NCBI RefSeq assembly: GCF_018977255.1
Contig: NW_024704743.1
Span: 56,670,001 to 56,734,000, forward strand
From: Callorhinchus milii
Taxonomy: Eukaryota
Length of the DNA stretch: 64,000 nt
Direction of reading: 5' to 3'
The notes beneath the pieces are model-generated. The model was given only the letters and a program-made list of their open reading frames with translations, did no database searches and was not told the origin of the DNA. This document shows, one piece after another, positions 38,540 to 51,894 of the stretch. The number at the start of each line of letters is the position of its first letter. The stretch's first letter is position 1. The translations under genes were made by a program, and so were the position numbers.

Positions 38540-41190
38540 TTCTAAACCCAGCCCTGATGTCTGAATGATGAAATAGACGTGATGAAACACCACTTTAATA
38601 ACATATTTCACGTTAACCTGCAGAGGCAAGCCCAATTCTATAGACAATCCATAGTGAAAAGCAAATTAATTTCCTAGCGCCACACCTACCAGAACCCTTC
38701 TTGGAGTCTGATAAGCTGCTGCCTCTGCTGTCTCCATCTCCAGCAAGAAAAACTGTAGTGCCAGAGTGGGAGAATACCTTGCCCATCCAATACACTCTCA
38801 GGATATGATATTTGAGAATCCTATCACAGATTCTGCATCCAGTGGTGGACTGGCTCCCCGAAAGGGCTCAGGATTGTCATGTAAAATGGGGGCACTGATA
38901 GGTGGGGTTGTCCCCCAAAAAACAGAAAAGTATTTCTCCCCCCCACCCCCTCCCCTTACATACCTGCTGGGAATTGAAAGGTTCTTTCAGAGGTTGCACT
39001 TCAATGACTGAAACCTGCACCACCATGGCCATGTTGTGTACCCTTGTCTGGTGATTGGTGACATAGCTGTGTTCTGTGGACATCCTCCTGACATGAAAAG
39101 CACAATACAAATGTGATTTTGTATTGCACTGTCATAAATTCCAGCAAGTGAGCGTTGGGGTAATTTAACTGATTTCCTGTATACCAGTCTGCCCCTGTTG
39201 CCAACTAACCCTTCATTGGAAAAGATAGCAACTTTAAATTATGAAGTGATCACAAAGTACACTTTACAATATATTCTGTGAAGCGCTTTGAGACATCTCA
39301 ATGATGTGAGAAGGCGCTATATCAAATGCAAGCATTATTATGATATTATTACCACATTGAACGCAATGGTCAGTAAACATCCCCTTCTGACTTTCTATGT
39401 GTTGAATGTGCTTTCAACAATATACATCTAAAACAGTGCAACATGGTCTTTGACTCTTGGAAAATCCTGGTCGTGGAAAACCCTGGCTACTTAGAGATAG
39501 TAATGATGTGTTTAAGTGAGAAAAGGGGCGAAGGGTTTTGAGGAACATCACCGTGTCAGTGTGGAGAAAAGATGCGAGAGACAGAAGGATCAGCACTGTC
39601 AGAGGAATCAAAACAAGAACCACCCCCACCTCTAGAACGCAATTACGTGTGTTCTCTGGTAGATAATCTCTATCATATATTAGCTTGCTTAATCATCAAC
39701 GTATCCTTCTATCACAAGCTTCTACTTTCTTCATTGTTGGCAGCATCATCCTCAAGCGTTAGGGGCACTCACTACTTCTACTGTCACTACTACTTAGTCC
39801 AGGAGGAGTCATTTCAGTTTGGCTCCACTGCCTCCCATTGACCCATTGGGATCTGAGGATTTCTTCATACCAAAAACTGCCCCAATTGCAGAGATCAAGG
39901 TTTGCACAACGTACGTGTCAATATTTAAATTTGAATTCCCAACAAGCAAGGATTCTTCAAGAAGTTGATTTGGAAAATATTTTGTGGTTAACAAAAGGGG
40001 TAAAAAGTAAAACTGTGAATGATAGCAATCTAAAACCACAAACAGCAAGTCAGTTGGTGTATGAAAGAGGAAACAGTCAATTTACCCGACAAGGCAAAAC
40101 AAAGAACATTTTTCCATCCCTAGATGGCAGCATTGTCCCGTAAGACATTGATTTTCTGTAGTTCTACAAGGTCATTTGGCACTGAGGTAAGAGTGAGTGT
40201 TCAAAACACATTCTTTCACAAGCAATTCTATGCCAATGTTAATCACATTAATCACATAAAAGAAACAATAGTCATATCTAATAATGCAGAAAAAAACATA
40301 TTGAATCTTCAGGATTCAGAAAGCAACTAATAATGCATAAAATATTGTGTTAAACATCCAGCCTTCGGAATTTATAATGAGCTCGCTGTTAAATCAAAAT
40401 TATTCATAGACTAAAAGAATATGAACGTCAATGCACAGTCCATTCACAGAAAACTTCGTAAGATTATGCACCACACCTCTGCTTTCCAGTTCTGTCATGT
40501 CCTGATGCTGCATCCTGGAGTCCTGTAACTTAGTTCTTAGAGCACTTGCCTCACAAGCAAGAGTACCTGGGTTCGATTCCCAACAGGGTAAAATGTTGGG
40601 CAAGTTTCCTTACTCCACAAACCTCTGTTTACCTAGGAGTAAGTAGCAACCTGGTTGTTAGTCAATTGGCAGATCGCTTTTCCGGAGGTAATAATCCCTT
40701 AAAAAAGGAATCACTCAATCCTTGTCTGTTTGTGGGACACTGCTGTGTGCAATTGGCTGCTGCTTTTCGCTGACAAAATACACACTCAATTCACTTTACA
40801 GTATATTCTGTGAAGCACTTTGAGATGTCTCGAAGACATGATAAGGCACTAGGATTATTGCATCAAATGCAAGGATTATTATCATTATTATTATAAATAC
40901 CAAAGTTCAGTTTGCCAAAGGGTCTGTCTGGTATTTCCACCCAGGAAAAAAATCTGAGAAGTGTTTGCATCTCTGACACCTGCCTCCCAGATAATCACCG
41001 ATTGCCTCACACAGATTGGCATCAGATGTTTAAGGAAGAGAAGAGTGAAATATTTTAGGGAAATCCTTTGAAGGAACACCCTTGACACTTTTTGATGTTA
41101 ATCGCCTTCTCACCATATGCCTTAATCCCTTCACTCAGCAAAAATACATCTAGCTGTCTCTTGATCCCATTTATAACACCTGCCTCAAAG
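38540..41190 (+). pseudogene. Cluster of decayed coding-like blocks, interrupted by SINEs
   Basis: Stop-poor protein-like frames (LNDEIDVMKHHFNNIF, LPEPFLESD, LAPLPPIDPLG, HTDWHQMFKEEKSEIF*); strong acceptor at 39743/39744; exon limits unresolved. Confidence 0.35.
40516..40893 (+). mobile_element. Full-length SINE, long subfamily
   Basis: tRNA head, ~60-nt extra internal segment, shared tail. Confidence 0.9.
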
Positions 41191-43062
41191 GTTTACTCCA
41201 TGAATGTTTGTGGGTCACTGCTGTGCACAATTGGCTGCCGTATTTCCCTTACAAAATACAGTCAATCCACTTTACAGTATATCCTGTGAAGCACTTTGAG
41301 ACATCTCAATTTACATGATAAGGCACTATACCAAATGCAAGGATTATTATTATTGTTATTATAGTAAATACAATAAATCACTTTGAGGCGTCTTATTATT
41401 TTGTATAACTTAAATTTGTGATATGTACATTCAGTCTGCTTGTTCATCTTGTATGTTTGTAGGCACTCTCTCCATCGGTCACCAAGTCTTCAGTTTCTAT
41501 CTTTTCCGCCTGAAAACTTAGCTCTTTGACCATGCCTGTGGTTACCTCCTCCTCCCTCTTCTTTCTCATTTGTTGTCCAGTCCCTTTATGTGCAGCAATC
41601 CCAGACTCTATCCTGTGTGAAGAGCGTTATATAAATGCATATATTTCTACACGCCTAACCTCTGAAACTCTCTCGCTCGACCCTTCCATGTCACCCCTCT
41701 GTATCTATCTTTAAGGCATGCCTTAAAACTTGCGACCGTGCTTTGGTCACTTCCTTGTTCCCCCTTAACCCCTTCCCCTCTCCCCTGCTCAAATTTCAAC
41801 ACTGTCTTTGTAAAGTGTTCCAAAACATATCCTATGTGAAGGGTGCTATAGAAATGCAAGTTGTTGTACAGTATCTTCTCCGGTGCAAAAATATCCTTTC
41901 CGTCAGATTGAGAAGTTTAAACAAAGGGTAGCGTTAATAATATTAATAATCCTTGCATTTGGTATAGCGCCTTATCACGTCATTGAGACGTTTCAAAGCG
42001 CTTCACAGAATATAGTGCAAAGTGGATTGACTGTGTTTTGTGGATTGCAACATTGTGACAGTTTTCCCAAAGCTGTTTTTCTTATGGCTTTGGATTGCAT
42101 CAGGATTGCACTGAGATAGGGTTGTTTTCTCTGGAGGATTAGTGGTGATTTGTCTCTGTCTATTATCCCCGAAACATGCAGAGTAACTTAATTGCTTTAG
42201 AAGAAGAGAGTACTCTGGATCTGGTGAATTCGCTCAACCTTTCGCCCTTTTAAGGTTTACAAAATGATTAAAATGCCTAATATGTTCAGGAAGGCGGGAG
42301 GGGGCTAAGAGAAATCTCACTAACATGGCTAAACTAGCTCTGAAGAGAAAGCGAGGCAACTCAGCCATAACTTAATACAAGCCTACAGGTATAGACATGA
42401 TCTGAAATCTGCCAGCTAAAGCTTTAATGGGTAGGATGATCCTCAATGCAGAAGGGCTGGGTTGTGTGGTTACAAGTTAAAAGCTAAAGGCGCCAGTTAG
42501 CTTTTCTGAAAGGAGGTCAGAAAACCAAAGGCAACTTTGTAGGTCTCCCACATTCATGTGTGACACATTTGGTATATATACTTCACCCACATTAAGCACA
42601 GGCTCACTGTTCATATAAGTTCCTGTACAATCAAGATTGTAGTAAACACCTTAATTTGTTCCTAAATTAATTGTTTAATTGTTTCATACCCAGGATAAGA
42701 AACCAATGCACTACATAATTGAGACAAACTATTGTGAAATACTAACATTACAGGCGTAATAAGCACAGTATTACTGTACATAACAACAATCCTTGTATTT
42801 TACATATGTTCCTCTCCACACATTCACTCAACACCTCATCTAGAGTTTTGGGAGCTTAGGGCACAAGACAGCACCAGTGTAGGAACAAGGCCAGCGGGAG
42901 AGAGACCAAGCCAGTGCACAAATGTGAAGTGCCTGTTGTCATGGTAATAAGATAGCTTGGTTAGGCAAACTCAGGTTATCAGATACCATTGACATACACA
43001 TACACACACATGCACAAGTTCAACCCCTGCAATAACTGTTCCAAACATCATTGCTATAATAG

Positions 43063-43432
43063 GTGCTTGATCCTTGGGAAAGTAGTTACTTCTTTGCTGA
43101 AAGCCTGTTTAAAACTTCAAAATTTCTTATTCAGTACTGTAGACTGAGTCTTGGGTTCCACCTTATGCTGCGAGCCAAGAAGCAAAAAACATTTTGAAGC
43201 CAAAGTTAATGATTGACACATGGAGATTTAAAAACAAATGCTGCCAACTGTGTCCAGATTCACTAAATTTGCTAGCCAATGTGCATTGACTAATTTTTTG
43301 AACAAATATTTTTTAAACACTGAATGAGAATTATAAATTTTCCTGGAAACCAAGCATTGATTTCTGTTTTAAAACAGTTCCATGCAACCAAGAACTAGGG
43401 CAATGAGATGTATTGCTGCAAGTCAGTGTAAG
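43063..43432 (+). pseudogene. Exon relic, most of an RGS-like box
   Basis: EAKNILK..MIDTWRFK, FLNKYFLNTE*EL*IFLETK (43295-43354), CIAASQCK|gtattc (43409-43432). Confidence 0.5.
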
Positions 43433-44664
43433 GTATTCCCCTAACATAAAACATCTTTAGAATGATAACTCCAATTCAGTACATGTTTCATCATATATAA
43501 TGCAATTGCAACAACTTCCATTTATATCAAGAACAGTTTACATGTAGGTAGGGTGTTTCATGTTCGGAGGACGTCTCAAAGTGCTTCACACCGTTTACTG
43601 GTAGTCTGAGCTGGGGTTTGGGGGTGGGGGAGGCATTGGTGGCTGAAAGTGCAGTCAAAAAGTAGATCTTAAGGTGTGTTTTGAATGATTGGGGTAAGGA
43701 TACTGTGGGATGGAGTTACGGAGAATGGGGGTAACAGGCCAATTATTTAACCATTTACATACAAGAACATTTCCAACATATAAATGATTGTTAACTTCAC
43801 ATTCTGAAATAATACAGTAAAGCATGGCTCAGTGGTCACAGGTATACTCTGCTCCACAGACTAATAAGATCCTAGGTCAACTACAATACAATACGTATGG
43901 CACCTTTCTCATCAAGTGAACTTTTCAAAATGCTACTGGTTGGACACTTAAGCCGGGGGTGGGAGTTGAAGACGATAGCTGAGGGGAAAGATGACCAAAA
44001 GTGTGGTCAAAGAGATAAGGCTTGAGGTAAAGCACAGAGATAAAGGGATAGATATAAAAGGGAAAGACAACTGATGTTCCTCATTTTGCACCATTGCCAA
44101 ATGCCTGAAAAAAAGATATTTGGCCATCAGAAGGAAAACTCACAGAGCTGTGAGTGTCAAGTTTCCAAGAATCTTAACAACTTATCACAGAACTGCAGCT
44201 GTGTGCAAATTGACTGTTGTGTTCTCCTACAAAATACAGTCACAGGCACAGAGTCCTGCAGTTGTGGTGCAATGTCCAGCATTGTTAATGTGTGAAAAAG
44301 ACATTGGCAAAACTAAATATTTCTCTACCTGCACATGCCCATAATATAATTCTTAACTCTGTAACTGTTGCAAAATAATTCTGAAATGAAACCCAAGGCT
44401 CTGTGAAGCTCAAAGGACTTACTTTTATGAGGAAAACAGATGCATTGTAACAACATTAGATGAGGTGAGAGGGCAGAGAAATGCATCTGAAAGGACAGCA
44501 CTCATGAGCTAAGACTGACTACTGTGTAAGTGGTTTCCTTACAGACCGAACAGAAGCCATTGCTTCCTTTTACTATCCCACCACTACTTTTATTATTTTT
44601 TCACGCAAGTTTTTAAATATTGATATTTATCAACATGTTCATTATATAAAGAAATGAAACAGAA

Positions 44665-45045
44665 ATCCTAGCATTTGGTATAGTGCCTTATCATGTTGTC
44701 GACACAACTCAAAGCACTACACACAATTTTACTATAAAATCCAGTGACTGTGTATTTTGTAGGAGTACACAACATATCCCACAAACAACCATGAAGTGAA
44801 TGACCAATTTTGTCTGGGGGATTCTTGCCAGGACACCAAAAGAAACTCCGTTCTAATTTCAAATAATGCCATGGGATCTTTAATCTCGGCTTAACGTCTC
44901 ATCTGAAGTATGGCAACTACAACAATGGAGCGCTCCCCCAAAACTACACTGAAGTGTCATCCTAGTCTGTGAGCTCAAAATCCCAACATTGGGCTTGAAT
45001 CCACAACCTGATTCAGAGACAAGAGTGCTACTTACTGAGCCATTC
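44665..45045 (-). mobile_element. Old Deu-domain SINE
   Basis: Tail to head visible; similar copies at 9935-10235, 18325-19052, 50395-50770, 52345-53145 and 55050-55265. Confidence 0.8.
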
Positions 45046-45391
45046 AATACATACAATACAATTTACACTTACGTAGAGCTTTTGATGTCAGGAACACGTC
45101 CCAAGCGGCTCGACAATTCACGAGGAGTGGAAAGATGATGGAAAGTGCAGTCAAAGAGGTACTTTGTGAGACCTACCTTGAAAGAGGGAAGTTGAGAGAG
45201 CAAATTGGAGGATCCTGTGAATGGAGTTCCAGAGAACAGATGGCAACTGACTGAAAGCCCACTTACTAATAGTGGGGTGGATAGGGTTGGAGGATTAAAT
45301 TAACTGAGGCATTGCTGCTCCCTCCAGAGGTGCTGAAGAGGTATTTTTAATAATATTAATATTATCATTAATAATTAATATTAATAATAAT

Positions 45392-47355
45392 CCAAAAGGC
45401 TGTGGATGCTGGATCCATTCACATTTTCAAGACTGAGGTGGATAGATATTTGTTAGATAAGGGTATCAAGGGATATCAAATGATTTACCCCCATCTGTGG
45501 CTCGGGCCACTCCCTTACACAGGCCAAAACTCACTTTTACTCCAAAGCCATCTTTGGAGGCCAAAAACAACCCAAAGACATTGTTTTCCACCATCCATCA
45601 CCTCCTACATTCACCCCCTCAAGCTCCTTCTATTCTCACATCAAACACCAAGTGCAACAATGCATGAAGTCCATCACCTGCTGCCTCGACCCCCTCCCCA
45701 CTCAGCTGCTGGTCACTCAACTCCACCTCCTCTCCCCCCTGCTGGCCGACACAATCAATGAGTCTCTCTCCTCAGGCTCTGTTCTACTCCCCCTCAATAA
45801 AGCTGATATCACACCACTCCTCAAAAAACCCACCCTCGATCCCTGTAACCTCTCATGCTACCATCTCATTTTCAACCTGCCCTTCATTGCCAAAATCCTG
45901 GATTGCATTGTTGCAGATCAACTTCGGTCACACGTCTCCTCCCACTCCCTCGTCGAGCCACTGCAGTCTGGTTTTCACCCTGTCCACAGCACAGAGACAG
46001 TGCTTGTCAAAGACACAAACGACGTTGTTTCTGTCCGTGACCAAGGCTCCCTCTGTCTTCTCATACACCTGGATCTCTCTGCCGTGTTTGACACAGTCAA
46101 GCACGCCATTCTCCTCCACTGCCTCTCCTCCCTCATCCACCTTAGTAAGTACCGCACTCGCATGGTTCGAGTCCTACTTAATTAATGGCCTCCATTTCAT
46201 CTTGGCAAATGGTTTTTCCTCCCGCCCCCGCCCGGTCACCTGGGGGCACTCTAGGGCTCCATCCTTGGCCCTCTTCTTTTCCTCACCTATATGCTCCCTC
46301 TGGGCGATGTCATTCGCAGACACGGAGTAAACCTCCACACGTTTGCGGATGACGCACAAATCTACTTTGTGTCCTCCAGTATCGACTCCAGATCTGACGA
46401 TGTTCTATCAGCTTGTCTGGTAAACATCAGGGCTTGGATGAGTGCAAACTTCCTGCAGCTGGATGTGGAAGCCATACTATTTGGCTCCCGTCAATGTCTT
46501 CAATCCTGCGGATCTGAACTCCTCAACCACCCGGGGCTCTCCCTCAGACTTATCGAACCAGTCCGCAATCTTGGTGTCCGGTTTGACCCCCAACTGTCCT
46601 TCCTCCTCCACATCTGATCCCTGACCAGGAACACTTTCTTCTACTTCCTCCACATTGCCCGCCTCCAACCGTACCTTACCCCAAATGCCGCCGAAACTCT
46701 CGTGCATTTGTTTATCACCTCCCGCCTGGATTACTCCTCCCACGTCTTCCCAGCTTCACTATTCAAAAAATCCAGCTCATTCAGAACTCTGCTGCCCACA
46801 TACTTACCTGGACAAAACTCCGTACCCACATCTCACCAGTTCTGGCCAGGCTCCACTGGCTCCCCATCACCAAATGGATCCACTTCAAGATCCTCACATT
46901 CATGTTCAAATCCTTTCACTCTCTGGCACCTCCCTACCTCTCCAACTCCTCACTCCCCAATCCACTGCTACCTCCGCTCGACTGGCACCGGCCTCCTGTT
47001 CGTCCTTCACACCCTCTGCTTTACCATTGGAGGTTGCACATTCAGCCACTGCACCTCGAAACTCTGAAAAACTCTCCCTCACTCCTTGCCGACTTGCCAC
47101 CCTCTCTCCCCTTTTTCAAGTCCTTTTCAACCATTGCTACGGTCACCTCTCCCCCTGGCTCAGAGTCTGGCTCTGCCACTGTTAAGCGCTCTGAGACGCT
47201 ACCCTGCATGGAGGGCGCTATATAAGTGCAAGTTGTTGTGGTATATGGGCCAAGGGCAGGTAATTGGAGTTGAGGTACAGATAAGCCATTACCTTATAGA
47301 ATGGTGGAACAGGCTCAAGGGGCTGAATGGTCTACTCCTGTTCCTATGTTCCTAT
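45392..47355 (+). mobile_element. CR1 3' end split by L2 (own parts 45392-45477 and 47241-47355)
   Basis: aagggtatcaagggatat|...|gggccaagggcagg; ends ctactcctgttcctatgttcctat. Confidence 0.85.
45478..47240 (+). mobile_element. Degraded L2 (type B) inserted in a CR1 3' end
   Basis: RT motifs QSGF, DLSAVFD, FADD with frameshifts; type B tail. Confidence 0.93.
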
Positions 47356-47574
47356 ATAAATATACATATATATTAGCCTTGGATCTGATATAATACCTTT
47401 AATAAGGTAGTATTAAAGTCAAAGTCAAAGCGCTTCACGGAATTCACTGTAAAGAGTGGTGACTACATTAGTTGGCCAACCCGGGTAGTAATTTAATAGT
47501 CTTGTTGTTGAGCCTGCCACTTATTTTCCTGACCATGTGTAGATAAATGATGTGGTTTCCTAATCCTTCTCTTG

Positions 47575-47741
47575 TAAATAATAAATTGGTCATTTCAAAC
47601 CACAACTGTTTGTGGGACACTGCTGTGCGCAATTGTCTGCCGCATTTTGCACACAAATATACAGTCAATTCACTTTACAGTCTATTCTGTGAAGCGCTTT
47701 GAGACGTCTAGAAGATATAAGGCACTCTATCAACTGCAAGG

Positions 47742-47780
<39 letters not shown>
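47575..47780 (+). mobile_element. SINE 3' half with long (ATT)n tail
   Basis: Shared body; further similar tails near 15970, 26605, 27113, 39255, 41200, 41935, 48560 and 50260. Confidence 0.9.
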
Positions 47781-47786
47781 GTACAG

Positions 47787-47942
47787 AGATCAGGATGTTC
47801 CAATCGACAGAAATTATTGTTCTGTTACCTTTGAGGCTGTGAAGTCCGGCCTTCAGTGAAGACAAATTCCACAGCACAAGGAGCTCGGGATATTACATAA
47901 CACCTTCTATTTGAAGTGATTCTGTCATATAAATACAGTATA
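47787..47942 (+). pseudogene. Exon relic abutting a SINE tail
   Basis: RDQDVPIDR...GLQ*RQIPQHKELGILHNTFYLK*F; internal stops are TGA. Confidence 0.35.
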
Positions 47943-48454
47943 AGTAAATGATATTCACTTCATTTACCTGTTCTGGTAAATTTAATGGCCTGCTCTCCAT
48001 TGGGATTCAACCATGCATTGGTCAGCTCGACATTGCAACCTTTAAAGCAAAACATGGTTTGTTAATCAATAACCATTCAAGGGGATGATCAGTTCTGTGT
48101 TTGCTCCAAATATAATTTAGGGAACTCACCAGAGCTGAAAGCAGCAAATGACTTGCGATGGATATGCATCATTTGGTCAGCTTTAGGGTTCACTTTGCCT
48201 ATTTACCTTAGACTTCATGCATGATCTAAACTGCATAAGAAACATATCATTCAAAGTTATTACTGAAAATAGCAATAAAATAGTGTTACTTCATCATAGA
48301 GTTTAAGGTAACATTTAGCTTTGGGGCTCATAGTCACATCAAGTATTGAGCTTTATTTTTCAACACAATGGGAGAGGGAGGTCTAATTTGTAGAGGTTTT
48401 TAACCAGCTACTGTGTTTTTCCGTACTCTCTCTACCAATCTGTGAAATCCTGTA

Positions 48455-48482
<28 letters not shown>
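48455..48482. repeat. (AT)n microsatellite
   Basis: Direct inspection. Confidence 0.95.
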
Positions 48483-48485
<3 letters not shown>

Positions 48486-48767
48486 TGTCTGGCAATCCCA
48501 AAGGGTTTAAGGTTACCATAATAAAGGGAAAACCGTGGACTCCCCAGCAATCAGTGTAGGCCACAAAATGTAGTCAACTCACTTTACAGTATATTCTGTG
48601 AAGTGCTTTGAAATGTTTCGAAGACCTGATAAGGTGCTATATCAAATGCAAGGATTATTTTTAATATTATTATTATTATAGACACTGAGCTTCAAGTAAG
48701 GAATCCTGCCAGTAATCTCTTGTGTATCACACTGATTCATCCAGAAGGAGATTGTCACGTTTTCGTA

Positions 48768-49217
48768 GGTCGATGTGAAACTCTTAGTTCCTGTCAGCAT
48801 TCCCTAATTACCACTCGGAATATTCATTGACACATCCTATTGAAAATCACTGCGAGTTTGGCCCTGAGTCCAAAATGTCATGTGGTCTTAACCTGCAAAC
48901 CACTTTATTTTAAAATTTACGATTCTGAAATTTTCAAGAATTGTGGAAAATTCTTGAATTCACTTTCAATTTGGAAAATTAATTTCCACAGTTGTTAGAG
49001 ATCCAGCTTTCAATTTAAAACTAAATTTATGAATTTTCAACAGTTTGACAATTTTAAAATTGAAGACAAAATGGTCTCACAGACTCAACAAGGTGCAATT
49101 CCAGGCTTCTAATGCCTTCATTTTCTGTAACCTTTAGCTGATCTGTACAAAGAATCCGGTCCGTAGTAATGATCTTCAGGACTAACATTGGAAATGTTCT
49201 GATATATTTAATATAGG
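48768..49217 (+). pseudogene. Exon relic, possible RGS-like box
   Basis: gttttcgtag| ... tag|gtaggt; LQTTLF*NLRF*NFQE, IHFQF, CLHFL*PL; very degenerate. Confidence 0.3.
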
Positions 49218-49829
49218 TAGGTTTTAAGTTTGAATGTAATTTGCTATTATTATTTGAAATTGTGTGCATATATATTATGAATAAAAATTAAACTGGACTC
49301 CCTGTGAATACTCTTACTCTGACTTATGTACTGCCCTTTTTATTATAGAGACACTCTTTCACCTTTGCAATAAATATACTAACCTTTGGGAACAAACACA
49401 CATTATTCTTTGATTAGTGCTTCTAAAGTACCTTTTAGACGTTTCCCTGATGAATTATTTCATGAGAATGAGGTACTAAAACTTTCTGACCCACTGTATT
49501 TCATCGGACAACATCATAAGATTGCAATTGTTTTACTGGAATCACAATCTTGTAGTCCTCAGACCTGTAGAAAATCAGCTTCCAAATTAAGCCTGAGAAT
49601 TTGAGAATTTTCCAAAATGCTGTGCAAACTATAATGTAAAACAATAAAGGCTAGACCATGAAACAAATGAGGCTTTGAATGGTTTTAATTGGTTTATTCT
49701 GTAAAATTTTGCTTTGCGGCAGATACACTTTCACACTCAGTTAGGAAAATATATAGCACTCTGCAGGTGTTTGGAAATATCTCTTGCTGTCTAGTATTCC
49801 AGATCAGATAACATTAATATTTATTTTAG

Positions 49830-50204
49830 AAATGCACTACTCTGAATCTTTTCAGCAAACCTGATCATGCATCAATGTCAAAGGATAAACTTTCCTTTGT
49901 CTTTTAGTCTCCATTCAATGTCCCACATTGTTCTCTCATTTTTGTCTACTAAAATGTAAGCAATGTTTCTGATTTTGCAGAAAACACAATTGCATATTAA
50001 AACTCTGAAAATTGACATCATTGTGCCAGCAAACAAATTATTGAACAAATCCTCACTGAATTTCTCTTTGTGAATCTGGATTTTCATTTGCCTATTTCTC
50101 CATTGAAGAAATACAAGTGGTATATCCTAATAATGATTCGGAAGTCAAACTCGGCAGTACCTTTCTCTCTGCACTCTAAAACAAACCTGGTTGTGCTGTA
50201 ACAG
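49830..50204 (+). pseudogene. Exon relic, RGS-like box
   Basis: tttattttag| acceptor; DKLSFV, SHIVLSFLS, and IEQILTEFLFVNLDFHLPISPLKK (50040-50111) in register with the RGS I-Y-E-E-F-I.......V-N-I. Confidence 0.5.
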
Positions 50205-51786
50205 GTTTTTACAGTTATAGTTTCCTCTTATTCTTTTTGTGGGCATTTATTGACAAATGCACATTCACTTCAATTCACACTAAATCCTGTAAAGTGCTTT
50301 GAGATATCCTCCCAATGTGAAAGGCGCTAGAGGAAATGCAAGGATTATTATTATTATTATCATTATTATATGAAAACACGCAAAAAACAAGCACATCATG
50401 TCAGAAAGTTTCAAAGCACTTTACAATGATTACTGGCAAGTGTAGTGACTGTTTTTTGTAGGCAAATGTAGCAATACAGTATGGTCCCACAAACAGCTAT
50501 GAGTTGAATATCAATTTTTCTGGCAGATTATTGCCAGGATACCAAGAGCATCTCCTTTCTCTTTTCAAACGGTGTAATGGGAAATGTAATGCCAAAGCTG
50601 AGGAACAGGCAGTTACATCCTTGCTTTAACATCTCTGGCAATGTAATGCTCTCCGGTAGTCCATTAGAGCATTAAACTGGTCTACGAGCTCCTGAAATGG
50701 TGTTTGAACACAAAACCTTCACATCCTTCTGACTTAGAGGCAAGCGTACTACCAGCTGAGTAAGGCTGACACTTCACACAGAAGCAAAATATTTCATATG
50801 AAGGATTGTGAAAGATCTTTCTGGCATGGTTCACCTCAACAAACATGTCATGTTAAGTTACCAGCTGCTGTAGTAAAGGAGATGTGAAAAATCTATTTCA
50901 GATCAGCGGAGAGAGAGGCTGAGGCTAGGAATATTGATGGTTAAAGAGATTAATAGTGGAGGCATGAAGGAACTCTGTCTTTGAACAAATGAATGATTAC
51001 TTGTCACTATAATTAGCAAAGTTTAGTGTGAGCTTAGCATTTGTTGCTTTGCACTGAACCACTGGTAGCAGTGTTGCCCCTTCTGAGAATTATTTTTGGG
51101 TCAGCCAGAAGTCTGACATATATGGAAACCTATCACAATGCTTAATATTATCCAAACCAAACTGTGAGTTCCATGCATTCCACCTACATATGGAAATTCA
51201 CTTGTTTGGAACAGGTTACTAAGTAAGAAGTGTGGTAGTTGTCAGGTCATTGGACTCATTTAAAATGGTGGGTATTTTGGAGGGATGAGATAAGTTGAGC
51301 CGAAGAGCATCTTAATCCAAACCGATCTTGTGATCTTGTGAATGTGTATTTTCTGCATAACAGAATATTAGGTGCAGATTGGCAAGAACCAGGGCTGCAT
51401 AGCTTGCCATTGAGACCACTCTCTGGCTAGCTTTCCTGTTGCTTGTCCAGCTAGGACCATCGTACCTGTTAGGGCTTTACTTTGCAGCATTAACAGACAT
51501 TGAGTGGGAAGAATCCCTACCTCCAGTGTCATGTGACGGATCAGAGGTAAGTTACATCCCTGCAGTCAGAGAGTGTGCATTCCACTCCAGACAAATAAAA
51601 TTTCCATGAGGCATGCATGTGTGGAACTCCCAGTCCGGTTTGAACATGCTCTTAAACATGATGACGGTTTTCATCATGTTAGACACCCGGCTGTACAGTG
51701 ACCAAAAAGAAAATCCATCTGAACCTATCTTATGATCTTGTGATTATTGCAGATTTGAATTAACGGTTACTTCTCTTTGTTTACAG

Positions 51787-51894
51787 ATATTCAAATAGAT
51801 CTTGCTCATTTTTTTCACAGTTGTATGATTGAAATAAAAATTCCATGCTTCTATTTCTGGAATATCTTTACTTTCGAAATCTGAAACTGATAGG
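51787..51894 (+). pseudogene. Exon relic (108 nt)
   Basis: ttctctttgtttacag| ... agg|gtaaag; DLAHFFHS resembles the RGS terminal helix. Confidence 0.4.

Noticed and set aside
47968..51880. Minus-strand gene from exon-like pieces at 47968-48039, 49081-49198 and 51770-51880
   Set aside because: Phases do not join into a long ORF, no family is recognisable, and two pieces are antisense to plus-strand RGS-like exons; the 72-nt piece remains unexplained
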